A model generated the notes under the pieces. It saw only the letters and a list, made by a program, of their open reading frames with translations. It did not search any database and was not told the origin of the DNA. This document shows, piece by piece, positions 37,701 through 51,902 of a stretch of DNA of 64,000 bases. Where the stretch lies: the NCBI GenBank assembly GCA_963514005.1, contig OY740783.1, positions 73,284,001-73,348,000 on the forward strand, written 5' to 3'. The number at the start of each line of letters is the position of its first letter. Position 1 is the first letter of the stretch. The translations under genes and the position numbers were made by a program. This DNA comes from Raja brachyura. Its lineage: Eukaryota.

Positions 37701-39691
37701 CTGGTAGATGCATTGGAGAACAATGACATGGTCGAATGCTACATATAAATTAAGGAAGAGGTGAAAAAGTAATGCACAAAAGTAACATGATATAATTCAA
37801 AGCATTCTTTAAAGCTGGGTCACTGTTGTAAGAAAACTGGACTGGAGGAATTCAAGAAGGAGTTACACAAAAGATGACCACAGAGCTGAGAGACCATGAC
37901 GTGTTCAAGGGCATTGGAGAGGAAAGGGAGGTTTTTAGCCTGGGTGGTAATTGTAGAGGACAGAAGGGTTGAGTGCATCAGTAATCACATATACACCTAG
38001 ACACAAGTATTTGCAGCAACTGTAAAATAATGTAATAGTAGTTGACTTTGTTATTGGGTCCTTATTCAGTTCCTAACCTTTTTAAACATATTGTAATCGA
38101 ATGTTAATCTTTTTAAACGAATGTTATGTTGATCATTAATCTTGATATAAAGGGTGTTGATTCTGTTTGGGAATGTTAACCTTTTGCACCTCATCAGAAA
38201 ACGTATCTCCCTTGCAACAGTACTTAAGTACTTAAAAATAATAAAACATTTATTTAAGTCATTGCCTGCAATGGTGTGGAAATTATGTCCATCAGGACTT
38301 TCAAAAGGGAATTGGGAAGGCACAAGATTAAAAAAAAATCTATATCTAGTAGGGAAAGTGAGCAGATTACTAAAAGAGTAGGTAATATGGTAAAGACAAG
38401 GTAAAGATAATATAGACTCGATGATCAAATAATCACCTATGCTGTAATATTCTATGATTCTATGATATGAAACATGGTGGCAGTTTGCATGCAGTTGACC
38501 ATTTAAGTACTTTAAACATTGTTCAGTGGTGTCAGTGGTAAGTGAAAGCACTCACTGTCCAGCCTGAATGTTACAAATTCTAATCCATGACATCCGAACT
38601 TTCTCCTGACAATGTGACATCCAATCAAATGTTGGCTGAAGTTATTCAATGTTGCCATGTCAATAAGTAGAGATTAGCTATGATAATGGATGTGACATTA
38701 TTTGCCAGGGCAGTGAGGGCACCATAACTAAAGTGATTATGGAATATATAATTCACAGGTTTCCCAGTGCAGTTGGTGAGTACATCACAGAAAATGCATC
38801 TCCACTTGCATTTTTGCAAATTATTTTCACTTTTCATTTCTCATTAGAGAGATGCCCTTTTAATATAACATCAACTTACAAAGTAAAATACTAGTTGCGC
38901 TGTGTAAGCACATTGTCATCAACATATCCATAATTCCCAAAGATGCTAATTTCTTAAACCCCAAAAATTGGAAAATATAATAGAAAATATAATAACAGAC
39001 TGCTCACAGTGTTAACAAACTACAGGCTAAATGAATTTCATTAGTTCGTGCACATAATTTTAAACAAGGGAGATGGTATCTGCTGTTAATTGTGACGTTG
39101 TTACAACTACATTATCCCATAATTCTGTATTCCATTACATAATCTGTGCCATTCTGATGCCCAGTGGGTCGGGCAGCATCTCTGGAGAAAATGAATAGGT
39201 GATATTTCGGGTGGAGACCTTTCTTCGGTGTAAACCAGCATCTGCAGTTCATTCCAAATCATTTTGATATCTGACTTCTTCAATTATGTCCATTCAACCT
39301 TTAGTATAAATATACTGCTGGAGTTTCTAATGTGCGCTGAAGGCAATAATCATTTCACAATACGTCAAAAGATATGAACATCTCTGGAATCAAGATGGCG
39401 AATGGAGTAGAATCTGATGGCATTAAAAAGATGAAATCAGATGGAAGCCGACATAAGAGACTGCAGATGCAGGAATCATGAGCAATAAATAAACAGCTGG
39501 CGGAACTCAGAGGGTCAGGCAGTGTTTATGGTGCAAAATGGACATATGACGGACACTATTTGAAGAATGGAATAGAGGGGAGGTAACTGGTAGAAAGAGC
39601 GTGGGACAAAACCTGGCAACTGACAGTTGGATCAAGGCAAGGAGAGGATGATTGACAGATGAATCAGAAAGGGAAGAGAAGGTTGGAGATT

Positions 39692-40330
39692 GGGGCTGTC
39701 CAGTCCATTACAGGCTCAGCCCTCCCCTGCATGAAAGCATTGATATTGAGCTCTGCAGGATGGCAGCGTCCATCACCAAGGATCCCCACCATCTGGGAAA
39801 GACACTCTTCTCTCTGCTACCCTCTGGCAGGAGGTACAAAAACATTAAGCCACACACCACCAGGTTCAGGAATAGCTACTTTCCTATGACTATCAGATTC
39901 TTGAACTGACCCACACAATATAAACTATGAACCACCTCTTGCACATCAACTGACTTGTGTTTTTCTATTGGGTTTTGTACCAATGACTTTTTTTTGTGCA
40001 CACTTTTTCTTTTTGCAGAACCTATGTGTAAAAGCTTTAAAGTGCATACCACCAGACTCGGGAACAGCTTCTTCCCCTCTGCCAATTTTCCAACCAACCT
40101 CACTGCAGACGTTGGACGGTGCTTCCGTGAGTTAACGTACAGCTGATTCACTTCTATTCTAGTGTGAGCATTAGATATTGACTCTGGAACTGTTACACTA
40201 CTATGCTGAAAAACTATATTTTGCACTCTGGTATGTTTCTCTTCCCTCTATCTGTTGTACTTAGGTTTGGCTTGATTGTAGTCATGTGTAGTATTAACTG
40301 ATTTGATTACATTCAAAAGCTTTTCATATG
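39692..40330 (+). mobile_element. Two tandem Rex1/Babar-like 3' fragments
   Basis: KDPHHLG..LFSLLPSGRRYK...TTRFRNSYFP and HTTRLGNSFFP motifs. Confidence 0.75.
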
Positions 40331-40373
40331 TGATAGGAGCAGAATTCGGCCCACCAAGTCTACTATGTAATTC

Positions 40374-40870
40374 TTCTTCTTCTTGCGTTTGAGGCAGCAG
40401 AGGTTAGGTAACGCCCTCCAGGCACTGGAGCCAGTTCAATGTGCTGTTGTCGAGGGCCGCGAGGTCTACCTCTCCACCGGGGGGCGGAAGACAGCGCAGT
40501 CGAAAATGACGTGCTGCGCTGTTTGCTGGTCTGTTCCACACATGCAGGCTGCTGATGAATGCAGACCCCAGCGATGCATGTTGGCGTTGATCCGGGCGAC
40601 TCCTGTATGGAGCTGGTTCCGGGCAACCCACTCTTTGCGGCCCAGGTCCGAGCTGGATGGGGCTGTGGTGTTCGGTGCAACAGTGAATTGCGGTGGTCGT
40701 GAAGTCTGTTCCCAGCTAGTTCTCCATGCTCCTAGTGTGTTGAAACCTGAGCCAAAGAGGGTCGCTGCATGACGTGAGAAGGGGCGACAAGATGACAGGC
40801 TGTGAGTCCTGGGCGAGGTGGTGCAAAGGATGTTTGGCGTCTGATGGGGTCTTGCACACCAGCCTGTGAG
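40374..40870 (-). mobile_element. Ingi/Vingi-like (I-group) LINE 3' fragment
   Basis: ORF 40466-40876 with RKEWV..NQLHTG...MHRWGL...CMCG...QTAQHVIFDC zinc knuckle; (GAA)n tail; near-TSD TGTAATTC/TGTCATTC; inserted in a CR1 remnant (40333-41150). Confidence 0.65.
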
Positions 40871-41394
40871 TGTCATTCAATCAAGGTTAATCTTTCTCTT
40901 CCTCCTAACCCCATTCTCCTGCCTTCTGCCCATAACCCCTGATACCCGTACTAATCAAGAATATATCTCTGACTTAACAATATCCATTGACTTGGCTTCC
41001 ACAACCTTCTATGGCAATGAATTCCACAGATTCACCACACTCTGACTAAAGAAATTCCTCTTCATATCCTTCCTAAAGGTACTAGACTCTCCCACTACTG
41101 GAAACATCCTTTCCACATGTACTCTATAAAGGCCTTTCATTATTCAGTAAGTTTCACTGTATCTCAGTACACATGACAATAATAAACCTAATTCTAAACT
41201 TAAACCTAACACTACCTTGCAAGGCGGCAGACACATGCATGAAGCATGGTAGCCCACAGCACTTGCATTCATTCAATGCATCACATCCCTTTTATATATG
41301 ATAATCAATGAGTGTTAACTTATTTCTAAATAAACTTGGCAAGTGTTTCAATTGAATGAAGTAACAAAGACAAGTCACTATCACCTTCTCAGTG

Positions 41395-41798
41395 CAACCA
41401 GGAATAGAACATGGTGCAGCAAAAGAACAGGCCCTTCAGCCAACAATGTCTGTGCCAATCCCGGTACCGACCATTTACTTATCTGCCTGAGCATAATCCA
41501 TATCGCTCCATTAACCGCATATCCATATGCCTATCCAAAAGTATTTTAAATGCAAGGCAATCATCACCCTCTGTGTAAAAAACGTTTAAACATTGCCCCA
41601 CTCACCTTAATGCTATGCCCTCTGTTTTTTTTTTCCATCTTGGTCTCCCCGCAACCTCCAACATCCAAAAAAAACAATCCAAGTCTGTCCAACCACTCCC
41701 TGTAGCTAATAACTCTAATCCAGGCATCATTCTAGTAAAACTTCACTGCACCATTTTCAAAAGCTCCACTTTCTTTCCGTAATGAGGCAACTAGAACT
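41395..41798 (-). mobile_element. Old CR1 3' fragment
   Basis: Decayed CR1 3' end similarity. Confidence 0.6.
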
Positions 41799-43860
41799 TA
41801 CATAGATACATAGACATAGACAATAGGAGCAGGAGTCGGCCATTCGGCCCCGAGCCGGCACCGTCATTCAATGTGATCATCCACAATCAGTACCCCGTTC
41901 TTGCCTTCCCCCCCCATATCCCTTGATTCCGCTAGCCCTTAGAGCACTATCTAACTATTTTGAATGCATCTAGTGAATCGGCCTCCACTGCCTTCTGAGG
42001 CAGAGAATCCCACAAATTCACAAATTTGTGGATGCAAAGTGCAAAGGTTTGCAAAGGGTGCAAAGGTTTTCCTCATTTTAGTTCTAAATGGCCTACCCCT
42101 TATTCTTAAACTGTGGACCCTGGTTCTGGACTCTCCCAACACCGGGAACACATTTCCTGCATCTAGCATGTCCAATCACCTAATAATGTTATATGTTTCT
42201 ATAAGATTCCCTCTCATCCTTCTAAATTCCAGTGACTACAAGCTCAGTCGCTCCAGTCTTTCATCATATGACAGTCCCGCCATCCCGGGAATTAACCTCG
42301 TGAACCTACGCTGCACTCCCTCATTGGCAAGAATGTCCTTCCTCAAATTAGGAGACCAAAACTGAACACAATACTCCAGGTATGGTCTCACCAGGGCCTG
42401 TACAACTGCAGAAGGACCTCTTTGCTCCTATACTCGACTCCTCTCATTATGAAGGCCAATATGCCATTAGCTTTCTTCACTGCCTGCTGTATCTGCATGT
42501 TTACTTTCAGTGAATGATGTACAAGGACTGGTCTCGTTGTCCTTCCCCTTTTCCTAATCTGACACCATTCAGATAATAATCTGCCTTCCTGTTCTTGCCA
42601 CCAAAGCGGATAACCTCACATTTATCCACTTTATATTACATCTGCCATGCATCACCCAACCTACCCAAGTCACCCTGGACCTTCAAAGCATCCTCTTCAC
42701 AATTCACACTGCCACCCAGCCTTGTGTCATCTGCAAATTTGGTAATGTAATCCCTTCATCAAAATCATGAATGTATATTGTAGATAGCTGCGGTCCCAGC
42801 ACTGAGCCCTGCAGCACCCTATTAGTCACTGCCTGTCATTCTGAAAGGAACCCGTTAATTCCTACTCTTTGTTTCCTGTCTGCCAACTAATTTTCTAACC
42901 ATGTCAATAACCTACCCCCAATACCATGTGCTCTAATTTTGCCCACTAATCTCCTGTGCGGGACCTTATCAAAGGCTTTCTGAAAGTCCAGGTACACTAC
43001 ATCCACTGGCTCTCCCTCATCCATTTTCCCACTTACATCCTCAACAAATTCCAGACGATTAGTCAAGCATGATTTCCCCTTCGTAAATCAATGCCGATTT
43101 GGACCAATCCTGTTACAGCTTTCCAAATGCACCACTATTACATCTTTAATAATAGAATATAGCATCTTCCCCACCACCGATGTCAGGCTAACTGGTCTAT
43201 AATTCCCTGCTTTCTCTCTCCCTCCTTTCTTAAAAAATGGGATAACATTAGCTACCCTCCAATCCACAGGAACTGCTCCAGAGTCTAGAGAATATTGGCA
43301 AACGATCACCAATGCATCCACGATTTCTAGAGCCACCTCCTTGAGTACCCTGGGATGCAGTCCATCAGGCGCTGGGGATTTATTAGCCTTCAGTCCCCTC
43401 AGTCTACCCAACGCCATTTCCTGACTAATGTGAATTTCCTTCAGTTCCTCTGTCACCCTAGTACATCTAGGAGATTGTTTGTGTCTTCCTTAGTGAAGAC
43501 AGAACCAAAGTACCTGTTCAACTCGTCTGCCATTTCCTTGTTCCCCATAATAAATTCACCTGTTTCTGTTTTCAAGGGACCCACATTTATCTTAACATTG
43601 TTTTCCTCTTTACATACCTAAAGTAGCTTTTACTATCCTCCTTTACATTCTTGACTAGCTTACCTTTTCGGTTCTTTAAAAGTTGCCCAATCCTCTGGCT
43701 TCCCGCTCATCTTTGCTCTGTTATACATCTTCTCTTTTATTTTAATACTGTCCTTGACTTTCCTTGTCAGCTACGGTGGCCTCTTACTCCTCGTAGAATC
43801 TTTCTTCCTCTTTGGAATGAAATGATCCTGCATCTTCTGGATTATTCCCAGAAATACCTC
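41799..43860 (-). mobile_element. 5'-truncated CR1 LINE with many disablements
   Basis: CATAGA-type tail; RT fragments including KSPAPDGLHPRVLKE and NYRPVSLTS. Confidence 0.92.
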
Positions 43861-44057
43861 TAACTGAGCCTCAAGCTCATCCACTATGTTTATTAAACTT
43901 TGTGCACTTATATGTAACACTTTTAATTTGGTATTCACCTCCCCTCTCGCACTGGTTCCTATTTCCTAACTCCACACAATACTCCACATGTGGCCTATCC
44001 AAAGTCCTAAAAACTGCATAATGACTTTCTGACTCTCATACTCAATGCCCGACCTAT

Positions 44058-47000
44058 AGAAACATAGAAACATAGAAAATAGGTGCAGGAGTAGGCCATT
44101 GGGCCCTTCGAGCCTGCACCACCATTCAATATGATCATGGCTGATCATTCAACTCAGTATCCTGTACCTGCCTTCTCTCCATACCCCCTGATCCCTTTAG
44201 CCACAAGGGCCACATCTAACTCCCTCTTAAATATGAGGCAATGAACTGGCCTCAATTACCTTCTATGGCAGAGAATTCTAGAGACTCACCACTCTCTGTG
44301 TAAAATATGTTTTCCTCATCTCGGTCCTAAAGGAATTCCCCCTTATCCTTAAACTGTGACCCCTTGTTCTGGACTTCCCCAACATCGGGAACAATCTTCC
44401 TGCATCTAGCTTGTCCAACCCCTTAAGAATTTTGTAAGTTTCTATAAGATCCCCCCTCAATCTTCTAAATTCTAACGAGTACAAGCCAAGACTACCCAGT
44501 CTTTCCTCATATGAAAGTCCTGACATCCCAGGAATCAGTCTGGTGAACCTTCTCTGTACACCCTCTATGGCAAGAATGTCTTTCCTCAGATTTGGAGATC
44601 AAAACTGTACGCAATACTCCAGGTGTGATCTCACCAAAACCCTGTACAACTGCAGTAGAACCTCCCTGCTCCTATACTCAAAACCTTTTGCTATGAATCC
44701 TAACATACCATTCGCTTTCTTCACTGCCTGCTGCACCTGCATGCCTACTTTCAATGACTGGTGTGCCATGATACCCAGGTCTCGTTGCATCTCCCCTTTT
44801 CCTAATCGGCCACCATTCAGATAATAGTCTACCCTCCTGTTTTTGCCACCAAAGTGGATAATCTCACATTTATCCACATTATACTGCATCTGCCACATAT
44901 TTTCCCACTCACCCAGCCTATCCAGGTCACCTTGCAGCCTCCTAGCATTCTCCTAACACCTAACACTGCCCCCCAGCTTCGTGTCATCCGCAAACTTGGA
45001 GATGTTGCATTCAATTCGCTCGTCCAAATCATTAATATATATTGTAAATAGCTGGGGTCCCAGCACTGAGCCTTGTGGTTCCCCACTAGTCACTGCCTGC
45101 CATTCTGAAAAGGACTCATTTACTCCTACCCTTTGCTTCCTGTCTGCCAGCTATCAGTTCTCTATCCACATCAATACTGAACCCCGAATACCGTGTGTTT
45201 AAGTTTGTATACTAATCTCTTATGTGGGACCTTGTCAAAAGCCTTCTAAAAGTCCAGATATAACCATATAACCATATAACAATTACAGCACAGAAACAGG
45301 CCATCTCGGCCCTTCAAGTCCGTGCCGAACAACTTTTTTCCCTTAGTCCCACCTGCCTGCACTCATACCATAACCCTCTATACCCTTCTCATCCATATGC
45401 CTATCCAATATATTTTTAAATGATACCAACGAACCTGCCGCCACCACTTCCACTGGAAGCTCATTCCACACCACTACCACTCTCTGAGTAAAGAAGTTCC
45501 CCCTAAACTTCTGTCCCTTAATTCTAAAGTCATGTCCTCTTGTTTGAATCTTCCCAATTCTCAAAGGGAAAAGCTTGTCCACATCAACTCTGTCTATCCC
45601 TCTCATCATTTTAAAGACCTCTATCAAGTCCCCCCTTAACCTTCTGCGCTCCAGAGAATAAAGACCTAACTTATTCAACCTATCTCTGTAACTTAGCTGT
45701 TGAAACCCAGGCAACATTCTAGTAAATCTCCTCTGTATCCTCCCTATTTTGTTGACATCCTTCCTATAATTGGGCGACCAGAATTGTACACCATACTCCA
45801 GATTTGGTCTCACCAATGCCTTGTACAATTTTAACATTACATCCCAGCTTCTATACTCAATGCTCTGATTTATAGAGGCTAGCATACCAAAAGCTTTCTT
45901 TACCACCCTATCTATATAAGATTCCACCTTCAAGGAACTATGCACGGTTATTCCCAGATCCCTCTGTTCAACTGTATTCTTCAATTCCCTACCGTTTACC
46001 ATGTACGTCCTATTTTGATTTGTCCTGCCAAGGTGTAGCACCACACATTTATCAGCATTAAACTCCATCTGCCATCTTTCAGCCCATTTTTCCAACTGGC
46101 CTAAATCACTCTGTAGACTTTGGAAATCCTCTTCATTATCCACAACACCCCCTATCTTGGTATCATCTGCATACTTACTAATCCAATTTACCACCCCTTC
46201 ATCCAGATCATTGATGTACATGACAAACAACAAAGGACCCAACACAGATCCCTGAGGCACCCCACTAGTCACCTGCCTCCAACCCGACAAACAGCCATCC
46301 ACCATTACCCTCTGGCTTCTCCCATTCAGCCACTGTTGAATCCATCTTGCTATTCCTGCATTTATACCCAACAGTTGGACCTTCTTAACCAACCTTCCAT
46401 GAGGAACCTTGTCAAAGGCCTTACTGAAGTCCATATAGACAACATCCACTGCTTTACCCTCGTCAATTTCCCTAGTAACCTCTTCAACATCATACTTCAA
46501 TATACTTCAACTTCAACTTCAATAACACATACTTCAACTTCAATAACACATCCACTGGTTCTCCCTTATCCACTCTACTAGTTACATCCTCAAAAATTTC
46601 TATAAGATTCGTCAGACATGATTTACCTTTCGTAAATCCATGCTGACTTTGTCCAGTGATTTCACCACTTTCCAAATGTGCTGCTATCCCATCTTTAATA
46701 ACTGACTAGCAGTTTCCCCACATGTTAGACTAACTGGTCTGTAATTCCCCGTTTTCTCTCTCCCTCCTTTTTTAAAAAGTGGGGTTACATTAGCTACCCT
46801 CCAATCCTCAGGAACTACTCCAGAATGTAAAGAGTTTTGAAAAATTATCACTAATGCATCCACTATTTCTTTGGCTACTTCCTTGAGTACTCTGGGATGC
46901 AGCCTTTCTGGCCCTGGGGATTTATCGGCCTTTAGTCCATTCAATTTACCCAACACCACTTCCCGGCTAACCTGGATTTCACTCAGTTCCTCCATCTTAT

Positions 47001-47644
47001 TTGACCCCCGGTCCCCTGCTATTTCCAGCAGATTATTTATGTCTTCCTTAGTGAAGACAGAACCAAAGTAGTTATTCAATAGGTCTGGCATATCCTTGTT
47101 CCCCTTTGTCAATTCACCTGTTTCTGACTGCAAGGGACCGACAGTTGTTTTAACTAATCTTTTTCTCTTCACATATCTATAAAAACGTTTGCAGTCAGTT
47201 TTTATGTTCGCTGCCAGTTTTCCATATAACTCAACCATATTATGGTCACTCTTGCCCAAGGGGCCACGCACAACAAGACTGCTAACTAACCCTTCCTCAT
47301 TACTCAATACCCAGTCTCAAATAGCCTGCTCTCTTGTTGGTTCCTCTACATGTAGGTTTAGAAAACTATCCCGCATATATTCCAAGAAATCCTCTTCCTC
47401 AGCACCCCTGCCAATTTGATTCACTAGTGTTTTCTGCCCCTCAGTGTTTCGCAGCTTTACCCATATCGATTCCACATCCTCCAAGCAAATGTCCCTCCTT
47501 TCTATTGCGTTAATCTCCTCTCTAACCAGCAATGCTACCCCACCTGTTTTACATTTCTGTCTATCCCTCCTGGATATTGAATATCCCTGATGTTCATCTC
47601 CCAGCCTTTGTCACCCTGGAGCTATGTCTCCGTGATCCATGTCT
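44058..47644 (-). mobile_element. CR1 subfamily A (reaches the endonuclease region; internal deletions), host of a nested CR1-B
   Basis: Tail at 44058; ORFs 44278-45086 and 46490-47532 including SDHNMV; TSD CCTAT at 44053-44057 and 47645-47649. Confidence 0.93.
45262..46487 (-). mobile_element. Young CR1 subfamily B nested in CR1-A
   Basis: ORF 45343-46500 nearly identical to the 3' part of the 10278-12092 ORF; (TATGGTTA)n tail. Confidence 0.96.
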
Positions 47645-47666
47645 CCTATGGAAGCAAGCATATCAT

Positions 47667-49129
47667 TCCTGTGGATTGGAGGATAGTTAATGTTATCCCA
47701 CTGTTCAAGAAAGGAGCGAGAGAGAAAACGGGGAATTACAGACCAGTTACCCTGACTTTGGTGGTGGGAAAGATGCTGGAGTCAATTATTAAATAAGTAG
47801 TATTGGGGACTTTGGATAGCAGTAAAAGGATTAGTCTAAGTTAGTATGGATTTATGAAAGGAAAATCATGTTTGAGTAATCTGGAATTTTTTGAGAATGT
47901 GACAAGTTAAGTGGATGAAGGGGAGCTAGTGAATGTAGTGTATCTAGACTTTCAGAAAGCCTTTGATAAGGTCCCGCACTGGAGACTGGTGACTAAAATT
48001 AGTGCATATAGTATTGGGGATAGGGTGTTGACGTGGATAGAAAATTGGCTGGCAGACAGGAAGCAAATAGGAGTGAACGGGCCCTTTTCAGAATGGCAGG
48101 CAGTGGCGAGTGTAGTGCCACAAGGCTCGGTGTTGGGGCCGCAACTTTTCACCATATATATTAATGATTTGGAAGAAGGAATTAGGAGCAACACTAGCAA
48201 GTTTGCGGATGACACAAAGCTGGGTGGCAGTGTGAACTGTGAAGAGGATGTTAGGAGGTTGCAAGGTGACCTGGACAGATTGAGTGAGTGGGCAGAAGCG
48301 TGGCAGATGCAGTATAATATAGATAAATGTGAGGTTATCCACTTTAGTGGCAAAAACAAGGGGGCAGATTATTATCTCAATGGGGTTAGGTTAGGTAAGG
48401 GGAGGTACAGCGAGACCTGGGTGTCATTGTATACCGGTCACTGAAAGTTGGCGTGCAGGTACAGCAGGCAATGAGGAAGCTAATGGAATGTTGGGCTTCA
48501 TAACAAGAGGGTTTCAGTATAGGAGTAGAGATATTCTTCTGCAGTTGTATAAGGCTCTGGTAAGACCACATCTGGAGTATTGTGTACAGTTTTGGTCTCC
48601 TAATTTGAGAAAGGACATCCTTGTGATTGAGGCAGTGCAGTGTAGGTTCACGAGATATGATCCCTGGAATGGCGGGACTGTCATATGAGGAAAGATTGAA
48701 AAGACTAGGCTTGTATTCACTGGAGTTTAGAAGGATGAGGGGGAATCTTGTAGAAACATATAAAATTATAAAAGGACAGGCTAGATGCAGGAAAAATGTT
48801 CCCAATGTTGTGCGAGTCCACAACCAGGGGCCACAGTCTTAGAATAAAGGGGAGGCCATTTATGACAGAGGTGAGAAAAAAAATGTTACCCAGAGAGTTG
48901 TGAATTTTTGGAATTCCCTGCCACAGAGGACAGTGGAGGCCAAATCACTGGATGGATTTAAGAGAGAGTTAGATAGAGCTCTAGAGGCTGGTGGAATCAA
49001 GGGATACGGGAAGATGGCAGGCACGGGTTATTGATTGGGGACGATCAGCCATGATCACAATGAATGGCGGTGCTGGCTCGAAGGGCGAATGGCCTCCTCC
49101 TGCACCTATTTTCCATGTTTCTATGTTTC
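47667..49129 (+). mobile_element. 5'-truncated CR1 LINE
   Basis: RT motifs ([14 protein letters not shown]), CTATGTTT tail; TSD TATCAT at 47661-47666 and 49130-49135. Confidence 0.93.
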
Positions 49130-49399
49130 TATCATATGCCTCTTACCAATCTCTCTACTTGTATTGCCAATTTCAGGCATTTATGAACTTGGACCCCAAC
49201 ATCCCACTGTACATCAATACTGTTATGGGTCATGCCATTAATTGTACATTTTTCCTTACATTTGACTTCCCAAAGTGGAACACCTCACACTTGCTTGAAT
49301 TATACTGCATCGGCATATCTCTGCCCATTTCTGTAACTGATTCATAGCTTGCTGTATATTTTGACAGCCTTTTTCATAGTCCATAACTATCTTGGTGTC

Positions 49400-50330
49400 A
49401 AGTACAACCTGTCCCTCTTGTACAGGTGGTCACCTTTGCCCCAGAAGAGATTCCAAACGTCTAAAAATTGGAATCCCTGCCTCCTACACCAACTCCTGAG
49501 CCATGCATTCATGTGTCCTATTTCTATCCTCACCAACACATGGCAACAGTCGTAATCTAGAGATTACTACCCTTGTTGTCCTGCTTTTTGATCTTCTGCC
49601 TAACTTCCTATATTCACTTTGCAGGAGCAAATCCCTTTTCCTACCACTTGGGAATGTACTGAAATTGCTCAGAGACATCCTGGACCCTGACTCCAGGGAG
49701 GCAACAGACTATCCTGGAGTCACCTTTGCTGCCACAGAATCCCCTGTCTGTGCCCTAACTAACAAGTCTGCCACACTATGGCTCTGCCTGAGTTTCCCCT
49801 ACCCCGCTGTGCCTCAGAGCTATGCCCCCGACACTGCAAGCTGGACCACTGCTGCTGTTGCTGCACTCCCCTGACTGATACAACGCCACCACAGTATTCA
49901 AAGGAGCATTCCTGTTGTTGAGGGGAATGGCCCTAGGGGATTCCTGCAGTTTCTGCCTACTCCTTTTCCTGGTGGTCACCCATCAACTTCCAGCCTGTAC
50001 CTTCGGCATGACCACCTCATTGTCTCCTATCTATGTCACTCTCGCACTCCCATATAATCCTGAGGTCATCCAGCTGTAGCTTCAGTTTCTAAACGCGGTC
50101 TATAAGGGGATGCAGCTGAACATATTTACTACAGGTGTAGTCCCCAGGCGCACTGGAAATGCCCCTAACTTCCAACATCCTGCAGGAGGAACATTCCGCT
50201 GTTCCAACTGCCACCTCCACAAACTAAAAAACTAGGAAGAATTACTCAAAAGAACAGACTGTACCTTAACCTGCTGTTACCCTTTACTCAGCTCTCCCGC
50301 CAAAGCCTCTGGAGCTAATGAGCAGTAAAT
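49400..50330 (-). mobile_element. Degenerate CR1 ORF1/5' region
   Basis: Q.SP.AIPLNNR.APL.TV and KLGRR.KSRTTRVVIS.L segments resemble CR1 esterase-type ORF1. Confidence 0.6.
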
Positions 50331-51611
50331 ATCCCATTTGACAGTAACCACAGTCAGAGAACAAGTAAAATTATTTAAATATAATTTATCATTCTTTCAC
50401 AGCTAGTTGTGGACAGGATAGCCTCTCTGTGAATACTGCAGTCAAGATAAATGGCCACATTCGGAAGCAAAAGTTACTTGCAAAAACTCAATAAGGATTT
50501 AAACCAAAGTTTTTCCACAACAAGAATAGGTAAAAATGAAAAAGAAACTAATTCAATGCAAAGTAATAAGCAGAATGTGTAATTGAGCAATGGAGTGAGT
50601 ACAACATTCAGCCATCTGTTTGATAACGAGAGGCAGATGGGGTAGATCATTTCGACCTTGCCCTTCAGCCAAGTCTTTATTTTGCAACAAAGCACCTTTA
50701 TAATGTTCTTTAAATGGTTGAATATGAAAACAACATCTCTGTTTTTAATCATCTTTGCAAAATTAATTTCTTTTTTTTGCTATATTATATGAGGGATTTT
50801 TATTTATTGTATGTCTATTCTTTGAAGTGTTATGAATGTTACAACAGTATTTAAATAAATTGATATAATTTGTTGTCATTACTTCTTTCTGTACCATATT
50901 TTGATTAAATATTATTTAAATGTTCAATATCACTTCCTTTTGCATCATTAGTAATATTTATTTTGTTTTTTTAGCAGTAATTGTACTTTTTGCTTAATAG
51001 AAATAAAGAACTTGCATGTATATATTATCTTTATACATTTGTAGTCTGAACATAACCTATTATGTGATACAAGTAAGAATTTCATCGTTCCGTTTCAGTA
51101 CATATGACAATTAAACACTCCTGACACTTTCTTGTCTATTGACTCCCAACAATTATGTGTAGTCGCTACTATTTTATAGTCAAATATACAGCCATTCTTT
51201 TCACAGCAAGAATTCACAAATATCAATAAAATAATGATTAATTAGCCTTTGTTAATTTGTGCTGGCCAATGGGCAAATACTTGCAAAACGTTCCAAATAC
51301 TTGTAGGAGAGTGCTCCTTGATTTCTTTGACTGTTGCACTGAAATATTGCACTAGAAGTCTGCATTCAGTCTACAAATCATATGAATGCCATTCAGCCTA
51401 TCAAGTTGTTACCAGTTCCCTGGATGAGCAATCCAATAGGTCTGGTTCTCTGGTATTGTCCTCATATTCTTGCAATATTTTTGCTTTCATGCACTAACAT
51501 CATTCCTTTTTGAAAGCCTTTACTGAATTTGCTTCCATTACCCTTTCAGCCACTGTCTACCAGAACAAACTATTCACTGGATTTCATGTTATCTTTCTTC
51601 TATTGCCAATG

Positions 51612-51902
51612 TTAGTTTAGTTTAATTTAGAGATACAGCATGGAAACAGGCCCTTCGGTTCACCGAGTCACGCCGACCAACAATCACCTGTATACAAACG
51701 CTATCCTCCACACTGAAGAAAATTTACAGAAGCCAATTAACCTATAAACCTGCACATGTTTGGAATGGGGCATAAAACCAAAGCACACGCTGTCACAGGG
51801 AAAATGCACAAACTCTGTACGAACAGCACCCGTAGTCAAGATTGAATCCGGGTATCTGGCGCTGTAATGCAGTAGCTCAACTGCTGCACCACTGTGCCGC
51901 CC
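51612..51902 (-). mobile_element. V-SINE (HE1-like)
   Basis: Full head-to-tail copy with a (CTAAA)n tail. Confidence 0.85.
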
